Below, piece by piece: positions 38,101-46,375 of a stretch of 64,000 nucleotides of DNA (the first letter of the stretch is position 1; each line of letters opens with the position of its first letter). The stretch lies in assembly GCA_937899715.1 (NCBI GenBank), contig CALCNX010000049.1, positions 66,602-130,601 on the forward strand, written 5' to 3'. Under the pieces are notes generated by a model, which made no database searches, was not told where the DNA came from, and worked only from the letters and a program-made list of their open reading frames with translations. The DNA comes from an uncultured bacterium. Lineage in GTDB: Bacteria; Bacteroidota; Ignavibacteria; Kapaibacteriales; UBA4661. A program made the position numbers and the translations under genes.

Positions 38101-41100
38101 ACCGTTGACTACCGTGGTTTCGACCAATCTGGTATCAACTGGGCTAACGTTGCTGAATTGAACTTCATCAACAAAACCTCAGGTTTGTTCGGTGCTACCG
38201 CAGGTACGATTGTTCTTGGTCCGGAGTATGTGAACTCCACCAATGCAAACTTGCCTCGTAACGCATTCAGCCCTTCGACTGGCTTGTATCAAGCAAGTGC
38301 TATTTACAACCAATCAGGCATCGGTTTGACAAACACGCCGGGCGTTTTGGCTTCAGCATATGTTGATACCCGCCCAGACGTTGCGATTACATCTGCAAAA
38401 ATCAATGACAACTATTATGTCACTGGTGTAGGTGTTCGTCCTTCGGTTTCTCTTACCGGTACCTTCGACGGTCGCGTTCGTGTTGGCTTCCCGACACAAC
38501 GTGTTGTTGGTCCGACCTACCTTAACGGTGGTCAAGCTGCGTATGTTGTTTCCGGTTGGAACAGCGGCGCTCTTCCGCTTGGTCAAAACTCACAAGGTCT
38601 TGCTCAAGACTTCGGTCGTCGTGGTGACTACAATAACTTCGGTGTTGTAGAGCTTCGTCGTGGTAACTTGAACATCCCGAATCGCAATCTTACGTTGAAT
38701 GTTGGTAGTGTTGCCGCTCCGGTAACAGGTACCTTCAACTACTTGTTCGTTCTTTCGTCAACAGCTATCGTCTCGCCTGACCAAGCAAACGTTACGTTCT
38801 TGGGTCAACGCGTAGGTGCTAACAATGCTGCGGCTCAAGTTGTTCTCTCTGAGGCTACTGGTGCTGAGCAATATCCGAGCTTCACCCAGTGGGCAGCAGC
38901 AGGCGTTCGTAACGCTGCGGCTAACCCTGGCGTAGCAGCTCCTGCTGTTATTCGTGGTCCTTCCGGTCCGGCAAACCTTGCTGGTACAATTGTTGGTGGT
39001 TCGCTCTCCAATATCGTCTTCACAGGCGGTACAGGTGGAACCATTGATGGTTCATTCCTTGCATCAGCTCGTAACGGTGGCAGCTCGTCTGTCAACGCAA
39101 CTGGCGCTGCAAATGCTACCTTCACCAACGGTAACGGTCCTCAGCCCGTACACTATGCTGCAACAGACAATGCGAACTCTGGTCTTACCGAGCTTTCGGT
39201 TGCTACCGGTATTCCTGGTCTGCAGGCATTCTCACCGAGCTATGTTCCAAGCATTACTGGTGTTCCGACATCAGCAGCTTCGAACCCATTCCCTAATACG
39301 GCAGTTTCCACCCATCGTTACAATGCAGGTCCTGAGATGACCAGCGATGCTGACGTTACGTTGGCTTCTATCGTTTACGGCGCAGATGCTATTTCTAACC
39401 AAACAGCTCTCGCTGCTGGTATTCAGTCCGGTAACAATCAGGTTTATCCTAACGGTCCGAGCTTGATTACCAATGCTGGTCACACTTCGTCATCATACAA
39501 TGCAGGTATTGTTCGTGCTAACAACGCATGGAACATTGACCTTCCATATGTACGCAGTGGTCTTCAGCACGTAACGTTCCTCCGCGCTACCTCGAACGTC
39601 ATGACGCTCGTTGGTAACTTGGACAACAGCACGAACAATCCTGGTGGCAGCCCGAACGGCATTGACGCACCGGGTCTTACGACTGCTAAACCGGAACTTT
39701 CCGGCTTGCAAGTGTACGGTACAATTGCAACCGCTCGCGGTGATATTGACCTTAACGGTCGTAACATCGAGCTTGGTGGCAACAACTCCATGCTTGTAGA
39801 AGCATTCGAGCGTACACAGTATGTTGACTCCATCGGTGGTCGTCCACGTTGGACAGCTATCCAAGTTGGTATGCCTCGTGGCTTCTCGAACGGTAACATC
39901 AACGGTATCGCTCCTGGTCAGTGGACAAATGGTGTTGTAACAGCACCGTACCGCACCGGCGATCCGCTTCCTGTTTACCCGACCCGTCCGTCATCGGTTA
40001 TCAACAACCACCGCGAAGTTCGCGCGTATATTGGTCTCACCTCTGGTCGTAACATCCAGCCGATGAACCAAAATCTTGGTATCAACCAAGTAAACGAGAA
40101 CCCCGCTGGTCTTGGCGCGTACATCTACCAAACAGCAAACCCGGCTCAGTTCCGTGTTCGTCGTTGGCAGACACGCGGTAACGGTCTTAATGGTGCGCTT
40201 TCGACCCGTCCGGGCGTTCGCACAGCTGACCGCTACTGGCAAGTAGAAACCACCGGCACCATGGCTGTTATCATGGGTCGCTCGGAGATCCGCCTGCAAT
40301 ACATCGATACCGACCTCAACAACGAGAACGGTACGACTTCAGGTCTTCCTCCGGCATCCTTGAATATGTTCCGTGCTCAAGGTCAACCGCTTATTGCTCC
40401 GAACTCACCGTTCATCGGTCCGTTCCAAGCACTCTTCGCTCAACAACTTGTTGGTTTGGATTCCTATAACTTCGTGAAAATGCTCACGATTACTGGCGAT
40501 CGTCAAACAGTAAACGGTGCAACCGTTCTCAACACTGGTAACTTTGCAACCGGTGATCCCGCAAGCGGTCGTTTGCCGGATGCAACCAACCCGCAAAACC
40601 CACAAGCTGGTTTCCAAATCTGGGCTATCGGTATTCCTGCTCCTCGTTGCTTGGTGCTTCGTGGTCAGCGCTTCGGCGGTACCTTCGGTGACCCAATTGG
40701 TAGCGGCTTTGGTGTAGCTGCTGGTCAAGATATTCTTGGCTTCCCGCCTCCATTCGGTTCATTCGCAACCGGCGGTGGTATCAGCACAGCTACTGCTAAT
40801 CAATTTGGTACCATCATCGGACCGTTCAAAGCAGGTTATGCTACGAACGCAACGATCGTTGCAGACCTTCTTGACGAGTTTGGTAACGTTGCTACGACGA
40901 ACTTCTCCACAGGCGCTTCGCTTGTAGTTGGTCAAGTAAGCAATGGTACTCTTGGTCCATGGAATACCGGTGTACCGGCTCTCTTCCAAGGCACAAATGG
41001 CTTCCCGTCAGGTCGCATTGGCGCACTTTCGGGTAATGGTGGCTTGACAGCAAACGCTACTACGGGTGGTCCCGTTGGTGGTCGCTTTGAGTGGCCGAAC

Positions 41101-43965
41101 GTCCGTCTTGACGGTGTGGCTTCGACAACAGTTACCTTCACCTTGGTGAATGACTTCGTTGGCGATGCAACCCAACTTGGTGCTTCCGTTCTTCCGCGTC
41201 TCGACGCGCAAGTAGTGGCAGCAAACGGTGGTTCATTTGCTCTTCCGGTTGCTAACCCAACCTCCACGATTACCTATTGCGATAACCAAGCAGTTCAGGT
41301 TTCGCTCCAAGGTGGTTTCCCATTCAGCGTAACATTTGCTACGCAAAATGCTAACAACACTGGTGCAACGAACCTCTATCCTGGTTCTGTTGGTCCGATG
41401 GCCGCTCCTGGTCGCGTCGCTGCTACTCCTGGCATCGCTACTTCCGGTTATGACGGCTCTATCCCGACAAACCTCACCGGTATTCCGACAAACGGTGTTG
41501 TTGTTGGTCAGACGGTAACATTCCCATATGCTACTCCTGGCTTTAGCAGCATCACGGTTATCGTAAAAGACCGATTCGGTAACTTTGCTTCCTTCCCGAC
41601 GACAGCAACGATTTCTATCGCTGGCGGTTCGCCACCAGTTGATCAGCAGCGCACACCGCTCGTTGGTCAAGTTGCAAACTCAACGGTTGTTTGGGGCTTA
41701 GGTAACCTTGGTCTCGAAACAGCTGGCGCTCCTCAACTTGCTGCACCGGGTATTGCTCGTGTGTACGGTCCGGGCGGCGATGGTCTGACGCAACCTGCAC
41801 AAACAGCACAACAAGTAAACCCTGCGAGCTTGCCAACAGGCACAAGCCTGCTTAATAGCCGCGCTTCACTTGTTTCGCCAGCACTTGCTCCGACCGGTTC
41901 GGGCTATGCTCCGTTCAACAACCCACAAGTTGCTTCGCACTTGGCATCGTTCCCGAACTTCCAAATTTGGGGCGCTACCTCGAGCAACGTAACACTCGTT
42001 GTTTCTTCGACAAACTTTGATCCGAACGCTCCGATTGGTCTTGGCGCTCCGGGCAACACATCGGCTACGATTCACATCGTTCCGGCTGCTGCTATCGGTA
42101 TCGCTCCGGTTATCGTTCCTGATATCTATAACCGTAACCAACCTGACCGTATGCCGTCAAGAATGTACATTGGTCGCTCAAATAACAGCGATCCTCGTAC
42201 ATGGTTCTATGTTCAAGCTGTTGACCAATTCGGCAACCGCGTTGACAATGGTCCGAACGCATACAATGGCGGTACTGCAAACATTACCTTCCGCACGCCT
42301 CAACAAGGCTTGCCTGGCAATGCTGCTGGTACATTCCAGTTCACGCAGACAACCCCTGCTGATCCGTATGTGAAAGCAAACAACCAAGCATATGCTGCGA
42401 CCGGTACATCCGCTCCGGCAGTATTTGGTCTGTACACCTTCAACAACTTTATCCCAACCGGTCCGGCTTCCATCGATCCGCTTGGTAAAGACGTTGTTCT
42501 GACCTTTGAAGACCTTGCGCTTCCAGGTGTACGTGCTCCGCTCGCTTCTGGTGCTACCGGACTCTTCCGTCCGATCCCGCCGGTAACGACTGCAACGACG
42601 ACCTTCTTGCCTGTTCCGCGCGTGAGCTTCTCCGTGCCGGATGCTGGTCAAGCTGGCGCTCCTGCAAACGGTGCTTCTAAAGTTGGTACAAACGTTCTCG
42701 TCCTTGACGAGCGTGCTCGTACCTACATTAGTGGTAACAACACCCTTGAATCTGGCTCACTTCGCGTAAGCCGTGATCCGGGTCAAGTTGCAAACGACAT
42801 CGCAGTTGGCTATACCCTTACCTACTTCAATGCAGCAAATGCAATTGATGCTAGCGGTCGTGTAGTTAATCGTGCTGGTCTTTCGGTTCTTCCGAACATT
42901 GGTACAACCGTACTTCAGCTTCCGGCTCCGCTTCCGGCAGGCGTGGTGGCAACACCTGCTTTCCCGGCTCCGACCCCGGTAGCTATCAATGGTCTGCAAG
43001 GTGACTTGTCGCCTAGCACAACCCCTGCGGGTCGTCCGCAATCCACGGTCAACGTAACAGCACCGGGCGTACCGGGCACGTTCTTCTTGGATGCAGGCGT
43101 ATCGCAACAGCTTGTTAACTTCACAGCTCGTTATAGCGATCAATCATGGGCACGCAATCCTGGTATCCAAGGTCCGCGCGTTGCGGTCTTGAACCTCTTG
43201 CCGCCTGATGCTCAGAACGCAACCATTTATGACGTAGACCGCACCAATGGTGTTGATTCTGGTTTTGTAGTTCTTCTCGACCCGGCAGCAGTACCACCGG
43301 TAATTACCAACGCGATCCAAGACAAACAACTCTTGCGTCCGACCGGTACCGCGCCAACAGAAGACCGTATCGAACTTGAGTCGCCACAATGGCGCCCAGA
43401 TAACGTTCCAGGCTTTGTATTCTATGATGACAACTACAATCCGATGACGTACACCGCTACATCATCCGATCCGACCGTTGTTTCTGTACGTGTACGTGCT
43501 TTGGATTCGACCGTTCAGAATGGTACTGTTGATCCTCGTCCGACCTTGTACTATGCAGTACAACCGGGCGCGGCAGTTGGCGCAAACGTAGTAATTACTG
43601 TTGTTGCTAGCGATGGTACAACGCAAACCGACGGTCAACGTCGTCTTGCTACCGACCAATTCAACGTAACTGTTCGCAATAGCATCACCAGCGTAGCTGT
43701 TGATCCTGCTGCAATCGGCTTCAGCGTATCGCCGAACCCGACAGTTGAACGCTTCACCGTACAAGCAAAAGCTGCAAAAGCTGGCACAGTTCGCGTGAAT
43801 GTTGTCAATATGCTCGGTCAAGTGGTTCGCTCGGTCAACTTTGAAGTTGGCGCAGGCGAAGTTTACAGCCGTGAATTCGATATTGCTAACCTTGCAACAG
43901 GTGCTTATACCGTTCAAATCAATGACGGTGTTAGCGCTTCTGCAATGAAAGTTATCAAAAACTAA
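35185..43965 (+). CDS. Giant (2926 aa) secreted surface protein with a type IX secretion system C-terminal sorting domain
   Basis: Signal peptide MNFVLAQLRRSTSALLVALTAFLLVAPALVYAQ. G/T/N/A/S-rich composition throughout, with no TM. The last ~80 aa (VSPNPTVERFTVQAKAAKAGTVRVNVVNMLGQVVRSVNFEVGAGEVYSREFDIANLATGAYTVQINDGVSASAMKVIKN) are a typical Por_Secre_tail/T9SS CTD. AAGGAG precedes the start. Confidence 0.85.
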   Translation: MNFVLAQLRRSTSALLVALTAFLLVAPALVYAQSTADSQVQGESRDFRSTRNGRWVDLSTWQVYRSGVWIAAGREVGVPNGASNVFIETNHTIVATRAVQEAIQWNGAQAWAFLEVNNLHINTAASITTTFGSSSISGFTYDALGNNLDRYDGDGNSRAAVLGGSPNLGSVSTSLSQFSPVAGGVNPLPGGTLGGYPFNRIGNMDVFSPQNFLLEPSGGQVPTPRNMELRVYGKLRYYTGRAFDKTDRSANIQVTAATIGTGSTIVFRGITRTITSPEEWSTTLATQTGRFDNTAQTAALGSAGTAGGFGLRFDDGSGNAAAVSQARINNFRGLMGRNSFWTAVFDLGRVVDRNFSVDQFTGPTDDPSTAIGTLRGNFTAGIIQVRRGTVRFEGQALLANEGAPTSGSIQIMNNAVLQVASGNIGRTAVNLSQFGSRFGGTSTIDLYGSGNPYQPVQTDLTGNPNGGATRAGYFSQTPSGTYGVTSRMRYFVVEEGGALDFVGAVGSLSAADVRFNGTVIYSRTGDQTLVGDSPFLSFNPAGTIVGGAAAGGVTLNGTGAAAGTGGVTINAGENGLFDPYNNNYNANAGVTAAGTTWAGDPRPGTINDFGTAPSGLGVGTAALFQPSTTAAYSHLVLRGTGTKFLIATTVTISRALIFQGEARMGIQNVAGDGTVITINGANLASGLPYYLQQPIAGELVANDPVSGRTVSRAGYFPTLVYLRGTGLTGFRQENNIGTTFRGTLSTATTHTEADSDPVSGAQAQTMWSVYGGNTDPVIFVGFTTASTRPIIYDQDMYPEGASYPIGMVLAGSLNREQLDMSPWNKPGVVHGLPAEPSYDGNTTAIGDGHGSSFRGYTYTSTTRSQTLDGVRTGQVIRQTVDRVNGTGSPMTFPTVGIANVAGVNGGNIIRNFPVITNSIHDYAINTSATTTLQYDSEASDIMSQIEFPAGVTGPHNLVMNCASNVSQTLPIRTVDYRGFDQSGINWANVAELNFINKTSGLFGATAGTIVLGPEYVNSTNANLPRNAFSPSTGLYQASAIYNQSGIGLTNTPGVLASAYVDTRPDVAITSAKINDNYYVTGVGVRPSVSLTGTFDGRVRVGFPTQRVVGPTYLNGGQAAYVVSGWNSGALPLGQNSQGLAQDFGRRGDYNNFGVVELRRGNLNIPNRNLTLNVGSVAAPVTGTFNYLFVLSSTAIVSPDQANVTFLGQRVGANNAAAQVVLSEATGAEQYPSFTQWAAAGVRNAAANPGVAAPAVIRGPSGPANLAGTIVGGSLSNIVFTGGTGGTIDGSFLASARNGGSSSVNATGAANATFTNGNGPQPVHYAATDNANSGLTELSVATGIPGLQAFSPSYVPSITGVPTSAASNPFPNTAVSTHRYNAGPEMTSDADVTLASIVYGADAISNQTALAAGIQSGNNQVYPNGPSLITNAGHTSSSYNAGIVRANNAWNIDLPYVRSGLQHVTFLRATSNVMTLVGNLDNSTNNPGGSPNGIDAPGLTTAKPELSGLQVYGTIATARGDIDLNGRNIELGGNNSMLVEAFERTQYVDSIGGRPRWTAIQVGMPRGFSNGNINGIAPGQWTNGVVTAPYRTGDPLPVYPTRPSSVINNHREVRAYIGLTSGRNIQPMNQNLGINQVNENPAGLGAYIYQTANPAQFRVRRWQTRGNGLNGALSTRPGVRTADRYWQVETTGTMAVIMGRSEIRLQYIDTDLNNENGTTSGLPPASLNMFRAQGQPLIAPNSPFIGPFQALFAQQLVGLDSYNFVKMLTITGDRQTVNGATVLNTGNFATGDPASGRLPDATNPQNPQAGFQIWAIGIPAPRCLVLRGQRFGGTFGDPIGSGFGVAAGQDILGFPPPFGSFATGGGISTATANQFGTIIGPFKAGYATNATIVADLLDEFGNVATTNFSTGASLVVGQVSNGTLGPWNTGVPALFQGTNGFPSGRIGALSGNGGLTANATTGGPVGGRFEWPNVRLDGVASTTVTFTLVNDFVGDATQLGASVLPRLDAQVVAANGGSFALPVANPTSTITYCDNQAVQVSLQGGFPFSVTFATQNANNTGATNLYPGSVGPMAAPGRVAATPGIATSGYDGSIPTNLTGIPTNGVVVGQTVTFPYATPGFSSITVIVKDRFGNFASFPTTATISIAGGSPPVDQQRTPLVGQVANSTVVWGLGNLGLETAGAPQLAAPGIARVYGPGGDGLTQPAQTAQQVNPASLPTGTSLLNSRASLVSPALAPTGSGYAPFNNPQVASHLASFPNFQIWGATSSNVTLVVSSTNFDPNAPIGLGAPGNTSATIHIVPAAAIGIAPVIVPDIYNRNQPDRMPSRMYIGRSNNSDPRTWFYVQAVDQFGNRVDNGPNAYNGGTANITFRTPQQGLPGNAAGTFQFTQTTPADPYVKANNQAYAATGTSAPAVFGLYTFNNFIPTGPASIDPLGKDVVLTFEDLALPGVRAPLASGATGLFRPIPPVTTATTTFLPVPRVSFSVPDAGQAGAPANGASKVGTNVLVLDERARTYISGNNTLESGSLRVSRDPGQVANDIAVGYTLTYFNAANAIDASGRVVNRAGLSVLPNIGTTVLQLPAPLPAGVVATPAFPAPTPVAINGLQGDLSPSTTPAGRPQSTVNVTAPGVPGTFFLDAGVSQQLVNFTARYSDQSWARNPGIQGPRVAVLNLLPPDAQNATIYDVDRTNGVDSGFVVLLDPAAVPPVITNAIQDKQLLRPTGTAPTEDRIELESPQWRPDNVPGFVFYDDNYNPMTYTATSSDPTVVSVRVRALDSTVQNGTVDPRPTLYYAVQPGAAVGANVVITVVASDGTTQTDGQRRLATDQFNVTVRNSITSVAVDPAAIGFSVSPNPTVERFTVQAKAAKAGTVRVNVVNMLGQVVRSVNFEVGAGEVYSREFDIANLATGAYTVQINDGVSASAMKVIKN

Positions 43966-44010
43966 TTGATGAGGCTTTAACGCTTCATCTGTTAGTTCTC
44001 ATAACAGGTA

Positions 44011-44055
44011 AAAAACAGCACCGTACTCTTTGGGTACGGTGCTGTTTTGTTTTAT
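44011..44055 (+). terminator. Rho-independent terminator of the giant gene
   Basis: aaaaaCAGCACCGTACtctttggGTACGGTGCTGttttgtttt has a perfect 11-bp stem plus a T-run. Confidence 0.75.
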
Positions 44056-44073
44056 ATTGGTGGCATACAAATC

Positions 44074-44147
44074 GGAGTGCGGAATGTATTCCGCATCAAG
44101 TATGTCTGCGAAGTATGAGAAGAGAGGCGGAATAGATTCCGCACTCC
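44074..44147. repeat. Second copy of the GGAGTGCGGAAT-N-ATTCCGC double-palindrome element, immediately upstream of the AlbA_2 regulator gene
   Basis: ggagtgcggaatgtattccgca (44074-44095) and gcggaatagattccgcactcc (44127-44147). Same termini and half-sites as the element at 34378-34443. Confidence 0.7.
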
Positions 44148-44170
44148 AGACAGTCAAATCAATTTGCACC

Positions 44171-44830
44171 ATGAAACGCCACCAACTCCGCGAAATCATT
44201 GCCGGCGGCGAGTCGCTGACGGTTGAATTCAAGCGAAAATTCACATCGGACGTAAAAATAGCCAAGGAACTGATTGCTTTTGCGAACAGCAAAGGCGGGT
44301 ATTTACTGATGGGTGTGGACGATGATAAAACGATTGTGGGAGTCCGCAGCGAAAAAGAGGAAATTAGCCAGTTGGAAGTGGTCTGCCGCTATTTTATTGA
44401 CCCACCCTTGGAGCCGGAGATAGAAATTGTCAACATTGAGTACAAAGATGTGGTCGTAGTTCGTGTGGAAGAAAGTGACGAAAAACCGCACCGACTGACG
44501 GTGGATGTGCACGGGAAAAACCTTGACAAACTTCACGAGCGTCCCGTTTTCGTGCGCGAGGGCGCAGCAGCACTTCAGGCAAGTAAAGAAGTGATAAAAG
44601 TGCTGGAGGCAAGCAATGACGACACAGAAGTAACCCTCAGCATCGGCAAGCACGAAAAGCGGCTATTTGAGTATTTGGAAGCGAAGAATAAGATTACTGC
44701 AAAGGAGTTTGCTGCTATTGCCAATATCTCGGAGCGCCGCGCAATACGGCTGCTGATACGACTAGTGAGAATCGGTCTTGTGCGTCTGTATTCGCACGAA
44801 AAAGTGGAATACTATACGCTCGTCGGGTAG
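44171..44830 (+). CDS. AlbA_2 (Schlafen-like) putative DNA-binding domain protein with C-terminal winged-helix HTH
   Basis: From ATG 44171: MKRHQLREIIAGGESLTVEFKRKF... is the characteristic GExxxxEFK motif of the AlbA_2 domain. C-terminal ITAKEFAAIANISERRAIRLLIRLVRIGLV is an HTH. The ORF-track start at 44030 is unlikely. Confidence 0.6.
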   Translation: MKRHQLREIIAGGESLTVEFKRKFTSDVKIAKELIAFANSKGGYLLMGVDDDKTIVGVRSEKEEISQLEVVCRYFIDPPLEPEIEIVNIEYKDVVVVRVEESDEKPHRLTVDVHGKNLDKLHERPVFVREGAAALQASKEVIKVLEASNDDTEVTLSIGKHEKRLFEYLEAKNKITAKEFAAIANISERRAIRLLIRLVRIGLVRLYSHEKVEYYTLVG

Positions 44831-44872
44831 GAAGTGCTACTGAAAGGATTAAAGTGAGGACTTGCACAATTT

Positions 44873-46264
44873 TCAGTGCTCAATATTGTATTTCTCCAAC
44901 ATTCGGTAGAACGTAGCGCGCCCAATATCAAGTTTGTGTGCTGCTTCTTGGATATTACCGCCCGTGATTTCAAGAGCGATGCGAATTGCTTGCTCCTTGA
45001 TTTTGTCGAGCGGGAGTATGTTCCCGGAGGTAGCCGTAAAATGAATTTCTGCGGGTTTGTCACTGGGCGAGTCGGGGATTTCGGGTGTTCCGGCGAGCAA
45101 GTGTAACTCTTCTTCGGTAATAATTTTGGTCTCGCAAAGTACCACAGCGCGTTCTATGGTGTTCTCAAGTTCGCGGACGTTGCCTTGCCAGTGATAATGC
45201 GTGAGGATGCGCATTGCCTTTGGGCTGAAGCTCCGTGCGGGCTGGTCGTAGCGCATGGCGAATTTTTCGAGGAAATACTGCGCCAGTGCCGGAATGTCTT
45301 CAGTGCGTTCCCTGAGGGGTGGGAGTTTCACGGGAAAGGATGCAAGGCGATAGTACAAATCCTCGCGGAACGTGCCTTGCTTGATTGCGTCGTGTAGATT
45401 GCGGTGCGTTGCCGAGACAATGCGAATATCCACCGTGACGACTTCGCTGCCCCCAACGCGCTCAAACTGCTTCGTTTGCAAGACGCGCAGGAGCTTGGCT
45501 TGGAGGCTTAAATCTAATTCTCCAATTTCGTCCAAAAAGAGTGTGCCGCCGTTTGCTTGTTCAAACTTTCCAATTTTGCGTTGAATCGCGCCCGTGAATG
45601 CGCCGCGTTCATGCCCAAAGATTTCGCTTTCCAAAAGGTCTTTGGGGATAGAAGCACAGTTGAGTGCCACGAAGGGGGCGCTTGCACGCCGGGTGCCCTC
45701 GTGGAGCGCCTGCGCGATAAGCTCCTTGCCTGTGCCGGTTTCGCCCTGTATCAGCACGGCAATATCGGTGTTCTGTGCCTTCTTCACTAATTTGAAGACG
45801 CTTTGCATTGCATCACCAACCGAAATCATGTTTGCAAATTTTATGCGTTCGGTGGATTCTTCCGAGAGCTTGCGCACCTCGCCTGTTAGAGAGAACATCT
45901 GAATAGCATTGCGGGCAGTGATTTCGAGTTTGGTCAGGTCGAGTGGTTTTTGCAGATAGTCAAATGCACCCAACTTGATTGTTTCCACAGCCACCTCAAT
46001 GCGCCCTTGCCCGGAGAGCATTACTACGGGTGTTTCGGGGAATCGGGCTTTGCATTCTTTGAGAATTTCCACGCCGCTCATGCCCGGAAGCATAATGTCG
46101 AGCAGCACAAGCGACGGTGCGGCATTGATACCGTCCGGCGAAAGTTCTTTGAGAAAATCTTCGCCGCGTGTGAAGACGCGGACATTATAGCCAAAAGAGC
46201 TAAGATTATGCTCAAGAAGCAACTGCAAATTTGCTTCATCTTCGACGACGTACACAGTGTGCAT
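44873..46264 (-). CDS. Sigma-54-dependent response regulator (NtrC/Fis family: REC + AAA+ + Fis HTH)
   Basis: REC (VLLDIMLPGMSGVEIL, phospho-Asp). AAA+ Walker A GETGTGKE and the GAFTGA sigma-54 contact motif. C-terminal Fis-type HTH (ATFYRMLEKYNI). Confidence 0.9.
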   Translation of the reverse strand: MHTVYVVEDEANLQLLLEHNLSSFGYNVRVFTRGEDFLKELSPDGINAAPSLVLLDIMLPGMSGVEILKECKARFPETPVVMLSGQGRIEVAVETIKLGAFDYLQKPLDLTKLEITARNAIQMFSLTGEVRKLSEESTERIKFANMISVGDAMQSVFKLVKKAQNTDIAVLIQGETGTGKELIAQALHEGTRRASAPFVALNCASIPKDLLESEIFGHERGAFTGAIQRKIGKFEQANGGTLFLDEIGELDLSLQAKLLRVLQTKQFERVGGSEVVTVDIRIVSATHRNLHDAIKQGTFREDLYYRLASFPVKLPPLRERTEDIPALAQYFLEKFAMRYDQPARSFSPKAMRILTHYHWQGNVRELENTIERAVVLCETKIITEEELHLLAGTPEIPDSPSDKPAEIHFTATSGNILPLDKIKEQAIRIALEITGGNIQEAAHKLDIGRATFYRMLEKYNIEH

Positions 46265-46375
46265 GGACTTTGGAAATTACGAATGAGGAATTGCGAATTA
46301 TGAAGTGCCGCCAAGAAGCGAGGCATCAATCCACACGAAGTTACTATCTTTGAGGCTTGTATGCAATGGTAAAAA

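Noticed and set aside
35895-43917. Numerous 60-160-aa minus-strand ORFs inside the giant gene (for example 35895-36332, 41233-41670, 43462-43917)
   Set aside because: All are antisense to a single continuous 8.8-kb reading frame. They have Arg/Thr/Cys-rich nonsense compositions and no start context.
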